From an uncultured Staphylococcaceae bacterium (GTDB taxonomy: Bacteria > Bacillota_I > Bacilli_A > RFN20 > CAG-826), in contig CAZZGL010000004.1 in NCBI GenBank assembly GCA_964654155.1, positions 1 to 52,670 of the forward strand: a stretch of DNA of 52,670 nt, given 5' to 3'. The notes beneath the pieces are model-generated. The model was not told where the DNA came from and ran no database searches. It was given only the letters and a program-made list of their open reading frames with translations. How positions within the stretch are numbered: the first letter of the stretch is position 1; each line of letters begins with the position of its first letter. Shown here piece after piece: positions 20,068 to 29,872 of the stretch. A program made the translations under genes and the position numbers.

Positions 20068-20859
20068 TTAATCAATAATACCTTTTCGATAATCAATATT
20101 AAATGCATTTGCAAGTTCAATTAGATTTTCGTTAGAAATTGATTGATAAATCTTTTTATCACAAATTTTCACATATATTTCTGCAGCTTTTTCAATAGTT
20201 TCAATAAGACCAAAAACTTCATCTAAAGTTTTTCCTGTACAAAAAATACCATGTTGTGCCCAAACAACTGAACGATATTCTTTCATTTTATTAGCGGTTG
20301 CAATTCCAATTTCTTCTCCACCACATAAAATCCATGGTAGCACTGCAACACCTTCAGGAAAAACTACGATTGATTCAGTTTGCATTTTCCATAAATCTTC
20401 AGTCCAATGATTAGAATCAAGATCATGTATATGACTCATACAAATAACATTTGTTGGATGACAATGAATAACCAATCGATGTTCTTTATCAACTTTCAAT
20501 CTTTCAATATGACATTTAAGATGAGTTGGCGCTTCTGAAGTTGGTCTCCCCCCATCAGCAAATCCCCATACTAAACCTAATGTATTCTTATCTAATACTT
20601 TAAGAATTCCCAAATTATTAATTGGATCTTTTAAACAATTTTTGAAATATTTACCCGTTCCAGTAAATATAAAATATGTCCCAACAAGTTCATCCATATT
20701 AAAATCATAATGAAATGTTTTTATGATTCTATTTGGATCACATATTTGGGAAATCTCATTTTCAAAAACAATATACGAAAGATTCCCACCATTTCTTTCA
20801 TCCCAATTATGTTTATACAATAAATCTAATATTTCCGTAACCTCATTTATAACACTCAT
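20068..20859 (-). CDS. rhaD: Rhamnulose-1-phosphate aldolase
   Basis: WDERNGGNLS, PTSE, HCHPTN and WAQHG motifs. Confidence 0.95.
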   Translation of the reverse strand: MSVINEVTEILDLLYKHNWDERNGGNLSYIVFENEISQICDPNRIIKTFHYDFNMDELVGTYFIFTGTGKYFKNCLKDPINNLGILKVLDKNTLGLVWGFADGGRPTSEAPTHLKCHIERLKVDKEHRLVIHCHPTNVICMSHIHDLDSNHWTEDLWKMQTESIVVFPEGVAVLPWILCGGEEIGIATANKMKEYRSVVWAQHGIFCTGKTLDEVFGLIETIEKAAEIYVKICDKKIYQSISNENLIELANAFNIDYRKGIID

Positions 20860-20860
20860 T

Positions 20861-22096
20861 TTATTTACCTCTCTTAACTAATATGCATTTTTCATATTCT
20901 TTAACTTTTTCATACCAAGAAAATTCATCTAAACATCCTTGTTTTTTTAAGTATTCATTCCAAACTTCCTGCCATGGTAATGTTTTAAATTCTTCCTGAA
21001 GCGCTAAAACAAGTGTATGATCACCATTATCTTGTGCTTCCTTTAATAAATTCCATGGTGTTAATAATGCTTTTAAAATAGCTTTTTGCATATTTCGACT
21101 ACCTATTACTAAAGCAGCAACCCTATTAATAGAACCATCAAAATAATCTAATCCTATATATGTTTTATCTAATCCATTGCATTTAACCAACTCATCAGCT
21201 ACATCTTGCAAATCATCATTTAATTTTAAAACATGATCACTATCCCATCTAACAGGGCGAGAAACATGTAAGGCTAAACGCTTATTGAACAACAACATCG
21301 AGGAAATTTTATCAGCAACATTTTCTGTAGGATGAAAATGTCCAGTATCCAACAAGCATAGAATACCTTTGCTCATGGCATAGTTTAAATAAAATTCATG
21401 CGAACCAACAGTATAAGATTCTACTCCAATTCCAAATACCTTCGATTCAACGGACACATCAATCTTCTTTTTGTCATATTTATAAGATAATATTTCATCC
21501 AATGATTCTTTTAAACGGATTCTAGGTCCTAATCTATCTGAAGGAACTTCTTTTAATCCATCGGGTATCCAAATATTACAAAGTGATTTTTGTTTTAGTT
21601 CTGTAGCAAAATATTCACTGATTTTTAAAGAATTAATACAATGTTCAATCCAATATTCACGAATCGACTTATCTGGTGAAGATAGTGATAATCCATCTTT
21701 TAACATTGGTGAAGAAAAAATAGTCGGATTAAAATCTAGACCCAAATTTCTTGCTTTAGCATATTCTACCCATGGGCGAAATTGTTCTGCGCCGATATCT
21801 TTACGGTCAACAATATCGTTTGCTTGATAACAAGCGTGCAAATTAATCTTTTTTAATCCAGGAATATGTTTTAATGCTTCATCTAAATCATCTATAAGCT
21901 CATTAAAGTTTCTTGCTTTTCCAGGATAATCACCTGTCGATTGAATTCCACCTGTTAACGCTCCTGAATTTTCAAAGCCATTTACATCATCTAATTGCCA
22001 ACAATGAATACTAATCTTAACTTTAGATAACTTTTCTAATGCTTTATGAACATCAATTCCGTATTTTTTATATAAATCTACAACATTTTTTTTCAT
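20861..22096 (-). CDS. rhaA: L-rhamnose isomerase
   Basis: HCWQLDDVNGFE, ESKVFGIGVESYTVGSHEFY, DTGHFHPTE and HVSRPVRWDSDHV motifs. Confidence 0.97.
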   Translation of the reverse strand: MKKNVVDLYKKYGIDVHKALEKLSKVKISIHCWQLDDVNGFENSGALTGGIQSTGDYPGKARNFNELIDDLDEALKHIPGLKKINLHACYQANDIVDRKDIGAEQFRPWVEYAKARNLGLDFNPTIFSSPMLKDGLSLSSPDKSIREYWIEHCINSLKISEYFATELKQKSLCNIWIPDGLKEVPSDRLGPRIRLKESLDEILSYKYDKKKIDVSVESKVFGIGVESYTVGSHEFYLNYAMSKGILCLLDTGHFHPTENVADKISSMLLFNKRLALHVSRPVRWDSDHVLKLNDDLQDVADELVKCNGLDKTYIGLDYFDGSINRVAALVIGSRNMQKAILKALLTPWNLLKEAQDNGDHTLVLALQEEFKTLPWQEVWNEYLKKQGCLDEFSWYEKVKEYEKCILVKRGK

Positions 22097-22099
22097 TTT

Positions 22100-23482
22100 T
22101 TATACCTCCATAACATCAAAAGATTTTTTTATTAAATTACGACCACATTCAATGTTTTTTATTTCTTTATTTACTATCATTTGAAGGATTATATTTCCAA
22201 TTGCGGTCGCTTCTGTAGGTCCAAAATATACTTTTATCCCTGTATATTGTTTAGTTAATTCATTTAAATATAAATCTTGAGAACCTCCACCAACAATATA
22301 TAATTCTTGATATTTTTTCTTTGTCATATATTCAATTTCCGCGATTGTTTTTTTATATTCATTTGCTAATGAATGATATACACAATTTATAACATCTGCA
22401 AGTTTTAAGGCATCCATTTTAAAGCATGATCTTATGGCATCAATCATCGATGGAGGCGATAAAAATTTTTCCTCATTTACATCGACAATTTTTGTAAAAT
22501 TAGATGTTTTCGCCAATTCGATAATTTCAGGAAAGTCCACTTTTCTTTGATATATTACATTTATTTCTTTTCTTATATTTTGAAGCATCCATAATCCCAT
22601 TATATTCTTCAAATATCGATATGTATTATTTACGCCACCTTCGTTTGTAAAATTATGGTGTTGACTTTCTAATGATAAAATTGGCGTTTGTAATTCTACG
22701 CCCATTAATGACCATGTTCCTGAACTTAAATATATTTGTTCATTATTACAAGGGTACGCTAAAACAGCACTTGCGGTATCATGTGAGCCTATTAAAATAA
22801 CATTTGCCGTAAATCCAATTTCTTTTATCATTTCTTCAGAAAGTGATCCTAATTGTGTGCCAGGTTCAACAATATTGGTAAATAAGTTTGTTGGAAATCC
22901 TAATTTATTAATTATTTCATAATTCCAATTTCTTTTATTTGCATCTATCAAACCTGTCGTCGAAGCGTTTGTGTATTCATGTCTTTTTATTCCCGTTAAT
23001 TTAAAACTTAAATACTCAGGAATCATTAAAAAATCAATTGCGTTATCTAATCTACCCTTTTTTAAATCATCATATAATTGATATATCGTATTAAACTTTT
23101 GTTTTTGAATTCCTGTTAATTGATAAAGTTTTGAAAAAGGGACTTTTGCTTCTACTTGACGAATAATATCATCAGTTCGATTATCGCGATATGCATAAAC
23201 TGGCATGATTTCCTTATTATTTTTATCTAGTAAAACATAATCTACTCCCCAAGTATCTATACCAATTGTAATTGGAATTTTATTGATTTCTTTACATTTT
23301 TTTATTCCATTCAAAACTTCAAAATATAAATGTTCGATATCCCAAGTTAAATGACCATCTATAGTATTTGTTTTATTCTCAAAACGATATATTTCTTCAG
23401 TTACAAGAATATTATTTTTTATATATCCTAAGATATGTCTTCCACTTGAGGCACCTATATCGATTGCTAAATAATAATTCAT
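22100..23482 (-). CDS. rhaB: Rhamnulokinase
   Basis: AIDIGASSGR, IDTWGVDYV, HDTASAV, SSGTWSLMG and NIMGLW motifs; likely start 23482 (track gives 23500). Confidence 0.95.
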   Translation of the reverse strand: MNYYLAIDIGASSGRHILGYIKNNILVTEEIYRFENKTNTIDGHLTWDIEHLYFEVLNGIKKCKEINKIPITIGIDTWGVDYVLLDKNNKEIMPVYAYRDNRTDDIIRQVEAKVPFSKLYQLTGIQKQKFNTIYQLYDDLKKGRLDNAIDFLMIPEYLSFKLTGIKRHEYTNASTTGLIDANKRNWNYEIINKLGFPTNLFTNIVEPGTQLGSLSEEMIKEIGFTANVILIGSHDTASAVLAYPCNNEQIYLSSGTWSLMGVELQTPILSLESQHHNFTNEGGVNNTYRYLKNIMGLWMLQNIRKEINVIYQRKVDFPEIIELAKTSNFTKIVDVNEEKFLSPPSMIDAIRSCFKMDALKLADVINCVYHSLANEYKKTIAEIEYMTKKKYQELYIVGGGSQDLYLNELTKQYTGIKVYFGPTEATAIGNIILQMIVNKEIKNIECGRNLIKKSFDVMEV

Positions 23483-23576
23483 TATTATCACATCCCGCAT
23501 TTATATTAAACTAAGTTAATATGCAAAAAATACAATAATATTGCAATTTTATTTAACTATATTGCAAAGCATACTT

Positions 23577-23607
23577 AAAAAAACGACAACCTTTAAAGGG
23601 TTATCGC
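23577..23607 (-). terminator. Rho-independent terminator
   Basis: CGATAACC-loop-GGTTGTCG followed by a T7 run on the minus strand. Confidence 0.75.
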
Positions 23608-23611
23608 TTAA

Positions 23612-24487
23612 TTAAGATATAACAATACAATCAATACTATCGATTGTTTTAAAATTAAATGTTGTTTTTCCAATTGTTCTTAAGGAATATGCAAAACCAG
23701 CATTATCTTTATTTCCAATTAAAGCATTAACTGCTGTTTCTCCAATTTTTAAATTTAATTCTTCTATGGTTCCAATCTTAACAATTTTATCAATTGTATT
23801 AAATAAATCCTCTGTTTCTTCATTAGATAATAAATTAAGCTTTAAATCAACGTGAGCCAAATTATATTCCATTTCATTATTAGTTTTTGTTATTTTTACT
23901 GTAGAAGAAACATATAAATTATCTGGTATATACTTTTTAATTAAATTAAGTGGGAATTTGTTCATTTCTTCTTTAATGGATGTCATCCCTAATTTAACAA
24001 CAACGTTAAAATCTGTTTTATATTCATCTATGATAATAAAATCAACTTGAACAATAGAAGCAGAAACTTCTTTATCTTCTAATTTTAATTTACCACCAGT
24101 TTGTTCATTAAATACCATTTGTGATAAAACTCCAGCTTCTTTTTCACTCATAGAAACATCTTCTTTAATTAATGTTCCTAATGATTCAAGAATAGAAAGA
24201 TCAATATAATAATCGTTATCCGATTCACCTTCTTTATTAAGAATTAATCCTGAATAATTTTCATCTAACCTTGTTTTTAATTTCTTATAGTCTTCTTCAT
24301 TAAAAGCGTTAGGACAAAGTTCATTTTCATCAACATCCTTACTTAATATTCTTAATTCTTTAATCGTATTAAATAAATCAATATCATAAGTTGTCCTTAC
24401 ATAAATATAACCTCCAATTACCCCTAATGCGATAATTGAAATTAAACATATTACACAAATAATTATTTTTTTAATAAATCTTATCAT
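23612..24487 (-). CDS. Membrane-anchored hypothetical protein
   Basis: 291-aa ORF with a single N-terminal TM helix; upstream GTGACA-17-TATAAT promoter and its own terminator. Confidence 0.75.
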   Translation of the reverse strand: MIRFIKKIIICVICLISIIALGVIGGYIYVRTTYDIDLFNTIKELRILSKDVDENELCPNAFNEEDYKKLKTRLDENYSGLILNKEGESDNDYYIDLSILESLGTLIKEDVSMSEKEAGVLSQMVFNEQTGGKLKLEDKEVSASIVQVDFIIIDEYKTDFNVVVKLGMTSIKEEMNKFPLNLIKKYIPDNLYVSSTVKITKTNNEMEYNLAHVDLKLNLLSNEETEDLFNTIDKIVKIGTIEELNLKIGETAVNALIGNKDNAGFAYSLRTIGKTTFNFKTIDSIDCIVIS

Positions 24488-24679
24488 AAATTAGTAACCC
24501 TACTAGTACTATATAATCATCTTTTATATGTACTTATCCTTTCCTTTCAAGAAGTTACTTAAATTATATGACTTGAAATTGAGAATGTCACTATTATTTT
24601 TTTTAGAATAACCTTCAATTAAAAGGTTTTGATTACAAATTATAATATTTTCAAATATTAAATTGTCGAATAAACAATA

Positions 24680-25792
24680 TTATTTTTCTAAGTCAATTAA
24701 TATTGTCCTTAAAATATGATCCAATATCATTAAACCGTCTTCTGAGCAATATATATAATTTTCATTTTCCATAACTAAATTATCGTTTTTAAATACTTTT
24801 AAAGATTTTGACAATTTATTCAAGCTTTCTATCCCATAACGAGAAATAAATATACTTTTATTAATTCCTTTTTTTGTTCTTAATCGAAGAATAATCTCAT
24901 AAATCATTTTATCATATAAGGATACTTTTTCTCTTGAAACAATTGTTTTGCCATCAATGTAGGAAGTAATGCTTTTCGTATTTGCGTATCTTATATTATT
25001 TAAATAGCCTTCCGCTCCTAAACCAACACCAATATATTCATCATTATTCCAATAAACTTGATTATGTTTTGATTCAAAACCTTTAAGCGCAAAATTTGAA
25101 ACCTCATAATGTTCATATCCATGTTTTATCATAAAATCTAGGATTAAATCATAATATTCACGCGAACTATCTTCATCTTGTTCAGGATAATTATCAATTC
25201 CAAATAAGGTATTTTGATGAACGGTTAAAGAATAAATAGATAAATGAGGAATATTTAGCGATATAAAAGTTTTTAAATCATCTAATAACATTTCCTTGGT
25301 TTGTTCTTTAAATCCATAAATTAAATCAATATTTATGTTTTCAAATCCTAAATCTTTCGCTATTTTAATCTTCTTAAATATTTGTTCTTTATTATGATGG
25401 CGATTCATTAAAGAAAGTAATTCATCATTAAAAGACTGAACTCCAAAGCTCAAACGATTCACTCCAAATTTTTTTAAAATAATTAATTTTTCTTTAGTAA
25501 TATTTTCAATATTGCATTCAAAAGTAAATTCACCTTCATCTTGTAACTTAGAGCTAGTCACTTCAAGTAATCTAACTAATTCTTTTTCATTTAAAGAAGA
25601 AGGTGTTCCTCCACCTATATATATAGTTGGACAATCTTCAATATCATATGAATCTATTTCTTTAATTAATGCATCTAAAAAAGCGCCTACGAAGTGATTA
25701 TCATAAATTAATTTAGGAAAATCACAGTATGCGCATAAATGAGTACAAAAGGGAATATGAACATATAAAGATTTATTAATTATCTTGGTCAT
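24680..25792 (-). CDS. hemW: Radical SAM heme chaperone HemW (HemN-like)
   Basis: SLYVHIPFCTHLCAYCDF, IYIGGGTPS, YEVSNFA and HNQVYW motifs; near lepA. Confidence 0.92.
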   Translation of the reverse strand: MTKIINKSLYVHIPFCTHLCAYCDFPKLIYDNHFVGAFLDALIKEIDSYDIEDCPTIYIGGGTPSSLNEKELVRLLEVTSSKLQDEGEFTFECNIENITKEKLIILKKFGVNRLSFGVQSFNDELLSLMNRHHNKEQIFKKIKIAKDLGFENINIDLIYGFKEQTKEMLLDDLKTFISLNIPHLSIYSLTVHQNTLFGIDNYPEQDEDSSREYYDLILDFMIKHGYEHYEVSNFALKGFESKHNQVYWNNDEYIGVGLGAEGYLNNIRYANTKSITSYIDGKTIVSREKVSLYDKMIYEIILRLRTKKGINKSIFISRYGIESLNKLSKSLKVFKNDNLVMENENYIYCSEDGLMILDHILRTILIDLEK

Positions 25793-26009
25793 CTTTTTTT
25801 ACTTCAACATTTTCTTTTTCCATTGGAACAAGAATTCTTTTTAATTCTTCTTCAGCGATTGCAACTTCATCTTTCTTTTCTTCGTTTTTATCAACACGTA
25901 ATCCTGGAATATATTTATAGCATAAAAACGCGACAAAAGCGATACCACCAAAAGCTAAAAGCATCCATAAAACATCAAATATTCCATTTAAAATAATTGT
26001 ATTAATCAT
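25776..26009 (-). CDS. Small single-pass membrane protein
   Basis: 77 aa with a GGAGG RBS, one TM helix and a charged tail; overlaps the hemW start. Confidence 0.75.
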   Translation of the reverse strand: MINTIILNGIFDVLWMLLAFGGIAFVAFLCYKYIPGLRVDKNEEKKDEVAIAEEELKRILVPMEKENVEVKKDDQDN

Positions 26010-26018
26010 AATGTCCTC

Positions 26019-27404
26019 CTATTTCCGGGCTACCGGAGTATAAATAAATTTATTATTCAGTTTTTCCTTTCGATAAAAACCTAATTCCACAAGATTATCC
26101 ATTGATGTTCTTGCGGTTTCATAAGCACATCCTAAGAGCCTTTTATACTGCGCAATTGTATAATACTTTCCAATTGTACAATGGCGAGCATAAAAATAAG
26201 CTTGTCCTCTTTTAAGGGTTGGATATATTTCCACTAAATGCTCTTCAATTTTAACCGCATCTCGTTCTTCTAATCCAATCGGAAGCGTTGGTAAAGCAAC
26301 ACTTACTTCAAAATCAATTTGTCCTGCTGCTTCTTCACTAACTGGTCCATTTAAATCTTTAACAATATTTTCTCTAGGTGTATATTTTGTATGAACTTCT
26401 ACACTTGGATTAGAATCATAATATTCATTTCTAATCGATGTTACATTAACATTTTGTAGTAAATCTAGAAGTTCATTTGCAATTGTTTCCCCTAAATCAA
26501 GAAAATAAGTTAATAGATAAGTTAAGTCATTAGTTTTCTTAACTTCATTAATAATTTTATTAACCTGTTCTTCATTATCGGATAGTATTTGCTCAAAATC
26601 TAAAACTGCGGCAACTTCATCAAAATCATTATGACCTAAAATCGATTTAAGCAATAAAACACCAATTTCCTCAGAAAAGAAATCAAAAGGTTTAACTTGA
26701 TAGATGAAAAAATATGTTGCAACAGCTTTAACAAAAGGAACATCTTCATCATGAACGATATAATCAAATAAATTATTCATCATTGAAGATATTCTTTCGC
26801 TAGGCGCGGAGTTATATATTCTTCCAATAATCATTTTTGATGAATTATCTTGAAATTCATTAGTTCGATAAATTGTTTCATCATTATTATCTTCTAATAA
26901 TATTTGATATAATTTTCGAATGTAAGTTTCATCTATTGGGTCAACATAATGATCACGAACATACTCTAAAGCTTCATAATATTTAATAAGCAAAATCGCA
27001 TCTGGCGCAATTGTGGATACATCATGTCGAATAATCGATTGTAAGAATGGTTCATCAACACTTAAGTTATACTTTTTAGCCACCCAATATAAAATTCTAA
27101 TATAATGGTCTTCTGTAAGCTTTTTAGCTTCTTCAGAATCAGTACTTTTCGCATATTTTAAAATAAATTTATTAAATTTTCTTTCTAATGCAATAAGTCT
27201 ATTACCAATTGTTGGTGTTAAAGTAACAAGATATGGTGACTTTTCAATATTTCTTAAAGATAAACGCCGATAAAAAGTAGAACGATATTGTAAAATACGA
27301 TTCCATATATCATCCACCATTGATATTCCTAACGCTTTAGATACTTCTTGCTTTGTTGCATATGTATAATCGGAAAACCTAATACATAATTCCTCATTTG
27401 CCAT
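26019..27404 (-). CDS. Fic/DOC-fold protein with C-terminal winged HTH; catalytic motif degenerate
   Basis: Fic architecture (YRT...PS.ERISSMMNNLFDYI...PFVKAVATYFFIYQV) but HPFxDGNGR reads KPFDFFSEE; C-terminal YTIAQY...YETARTSMDNLVELGF wHTH. Confidence 0.75.
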   Translation of the reverse strand: MANEELCIRFSDYTYATKQEVSKALGISMVDDIWNRILQYRSTFYRRLSLRNIEKSPYLVTLTPTIGNRLIALERKFNKFILKYAKSTDSEEAKKLTEDHYIRILYWVAKKYNLSVDEPFLQSIIRHDVSTIAPDAILLIKYYEALEYVRDHYVDPIDETYIRKLYQILLEDNNDETIYRTNEFQDNSSKMIIGRIYNSAPSERISSMMNNLFDYIVHDEDVPFVKAVATYFFIYQVKPFDFFSEEIGVLLLKSILGHNDFDEVAAVLDFEQILSDNEEQVNKIINEVKKTNDLTYLLTYFLDLGETIANELLDLLQNVNVTSIRNEYYDSNPSVEVHTKYTPRENIVKDLNGPVSEEAAGQIDFEVSVALPTLPIGLEERDAVKIEEHLVEIYPTLKRGQAYFYARHCTIGKYYTIAQYKRLLGCAYETARTSMDNLVELGFYRKEKLNNKFIYTPVARK

Positions 27405-27584
27405 GAAGTTTCACCTCAGTAGTATTCTATCACATTAAAAAAATATTGACTAGATGCTATACTAAAAAAATACTAATTTTTTACTAACAAAATTCGACAA
27501 AAAAAGTAATAATTTTCACAGAATGTCACTATTTTATCGAATACGCTTCTTAATTATGATTTTTATAATGGACATTTTTTATCA

Positions 27585-27839
27585 TCAGATTAGTCCATCA
27601 CTACTTTCATAATACTTATATTCAATATCATCTAGTCAAATTAAATAACATAACTAAAACGAATGATAACATGAGAATATTAAGTAAAGCTGAGTCTCAT
27701 GGTCATAATATTATCATCGATAGATAATTTCTTATCTAACATAGCCATATATTACAACTAGAATACATGATGAATTTGCAATTTCTACTATTTCAAGTAT
27801 ATTTTTCGCATAATAATTAACAGTTATTTTATTTCTTAT
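27585..27839 (-). pseudogene. Decayed RHS repeat-associated core (polymorphic toxin) fragment
   Basis: One frame reads YYAKNILEIVEIANSSCILVVIYGYVR*EIIYR**YYDHETQLYLIFSCYHSF*LCYLI*LDDIEYKYYESSDGL, tracking the RHS core pattern YRGYYYD.ET.LY...SRYY.PE..RFISPD..EY. Confidence 0.75.
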
Positions 27840-27965
27840 TATTCAAACCTCTTTTGTCAATTTCAAATTATCATAAGTTAAAATCTTATGTTAATTTTTT
27901 ATACTTTTATACACTTTCAATTAATGTGTACAAATTAAAACATTATTCATTTTTAAATTCGCGTT

Positions 27966-27996
27966 AAAAAAAGTAGATAACATTTGCTACCTACTT
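27966..27996 (-). terminator. lepA terminator
   Basis: AAGTAGGTAGC-AAAT-GTTATCTACTT plus a T run. Confidence 0.8.
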
Positions 27997-28002
27997 ATAA
28001 AT

Positions 28003-29817
28003 CTACTTTTCTTCATCATCGATTGATAAAACCGCCATAAAGGCTTCTTGTGGGACTTCAACAGATCCGACAGATTTCATTCTTTTCTTACCTTCTTTTT
28101 GTTTTTCTAATAATTTCTTTTTACGAGTAATGTCCCCACCATAGCATTTAGCAAGAACATCTTTTCTCATCGCTTTAATATCAGCACGAGCAATTACTTT
28201 TCCATTTAAGCATGCTTGAACTGGTACTTCAAATTGTTGACGAGGAATAATATCCTTTAATCTTCTAACTATCACACTACCCCGTTGATAAGCATTAGCT
28301 TTATAAACTATTAAAGATAAAGCATCAATAGGTTGCCCATTAAGCATAATGTCCATCTTCGCTAAATTAGAAGTTCGATATTCACTTAATTGATAATCAA
28401 ATGAAGCATATCCCTTAGAATAACTTTTTAATTTATCAAAAAAATTATAAACAATTTCTGATAAAGGTAATTCATATTTTAAAATCATTCTTGTATCATC
28501 AAAGTATTCTAAATCTAAATAAATACCTCGCCTTTCTTGACATAGTTCCATCAAAGGACCCACATATTCTTTAGGTGTCATAATATCAGCGGTAACATAT
28601 GGCTCTTGAATTTCCCTTACAAGAGTTAAATCAGGAAGATTAGAAGGATTATCTAAATTAATCATTGTCCCATCTGTTAAATATACATGATAAATAACCG
28701 ATGGCGCAGTTAAGATTAAATCAAGATTATACTCTCTTTCCAATCTTTCTTGAACGACATCCATATGTAACAAACCTAAGAATCCACATCTAAAGCCAAA
28801 GCCTAAAGCTTGTGATGTTTCCGGTTCATATTGTAAAGACGCATCATTTAAACACAACTTTGCAAGAGCATCTTTTAAATCTTGATATTTTTTTGAATCA
28901 ACTGGATAAAGCCCACAATAAACCATCGGATTCATCTTTCGATACCCTGGAAGTGGTTCTGAAGTTTTATTATTAGCAAGTGTAACAGTTTCACCCGGAT
29001 GTACATCATGAATATCTTTTATCTGTGCGGCTAAATAACCAACTTCACCAGCGCTTAATGATTCACGTTTTTCTTCTCCTGGCGTTCTAATCCCAAGTTC
29101 AGTTACTAAATATTCTTTTCCACTGGCCATTAAATAAATGGTATCACCGACTTTTACTTGACCTTCTTTTACTCTTATCATAATTACAACTCCACGATAA
29201 GAATCATAAAAGCTATCAAATATTAAAGCTTTTAAAGGTGCAGAAACATTTCCACAAGGAGAAGGAACTCCTTTAACAATCATTTCTAACACTTCATCGA
29301 TGCCATATCCCGTTTTTGCGGATATTTCAACCGCTTCATCACAAGGAAGTCCAACACGAGATTCAATTTCTTTTTTTACTCTTTCAGGTTCTGCACTTGG
29401 AAGATCAATTTTATTTATAATTGGAATGATTTCTAAATTATTATCAATTGCTAAATATACATTAGCAAGAGTTTGCGCCTCTACCCCTTGAGCGGCATCC
29501 ACCACTAATAACGCTCCTTCACACGCTGCTAAAGAGCGTGATACTTCATAAGTAAAATCGACATGTCCCGGAGTGTCAATTAAATTTAATATATAGTTAT
29601 TACCATCTTTAGCAAGATAATTTAATGTTACTGCATTTAACTTAATAGTAATTCCTCTTTCTCTTTCTAAATCCATGGAATCGAGAAGTTGCTCTTTCAT
29701 CAGTCTTTTTTCAACAGTACCGGTTTTTTCTAACAAGCGATCCGCTAAAGTAGATTTACCATGATCAATGTGAGCTATAATTGAAAAATTACGAATATAC
29801 TTCTGATCAATTGCCAT
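28003..29817 (-). CDS. lepA: Elongation factor 4 (LepA)
   Basis: [28 protein letters not shown] and [25 protein letters not shown] motifs; start ATG 29817 behind GGAGG. Confidence 0.98.
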   Translation of the reverse strand: MAIDQKYIRNFSIIAHIDHGKSTLADRLLEKTGTVEKRLMKEQLLDSMDLERERGITIKLNAVTLNYLAKDGNNYILNLIDTPGHVDFTYEVSRSLAACEGALLVVDAAQGVEAQTLANVYLAIDNNLEIIPIINKIDLPSAEPERVKKEIESRVGLPCDEAVEISAKTGYGIDEVLEMIVKGVPSPCGNVSAPLKALIFDSFYDSYRGVVIMIRVKEGQVKVGDTIYLMASGKEYLVTELGIRTPGEEKRESLSAGEVGYLAAQIKDIHDVHPGETVTLANNKTSEPLPGYRKMNPMVYCGLYPVDSKKYQDLKDALAKLCLNDASLQYEPETSQALGFGFRCGFLGLLHMDVVQERLEREYNLDLILTAPSVIYHVYLTDGTMINLDNPSNLPDLTLVREIQEPYVTADIMTPKEYVGPLMELCQERRGIYLDLEYFDDTRMILKYELPLSEIVYNFFDKLKSYSKGYASFDYQLSEYRTSNLAKMDIMLNGQPIDALSLIVYKANAYQRGSVIVRRLKDIIPRQQFEVPVQACLNGKVIARADIKAMRKDVLAKCYGGDITRKKKLLEKQKEGKKRMKSVGSVEVPQEAFMAVLSIDDEEK

Positions 29818-29872
29818 CGTTCTCGCCTCCAATCCTTAATATTATAAACTAGTTAAATATTAGTTTAAAGTT

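Noticed and set aside
24582-27533. 14-bp direct repeat as att sites or target duplication of a mobile element
   Set aside because: The enclosed segment contains core hemW and no recombinase; one copy overlaps a -35 box, so a regulatory role is more plausible
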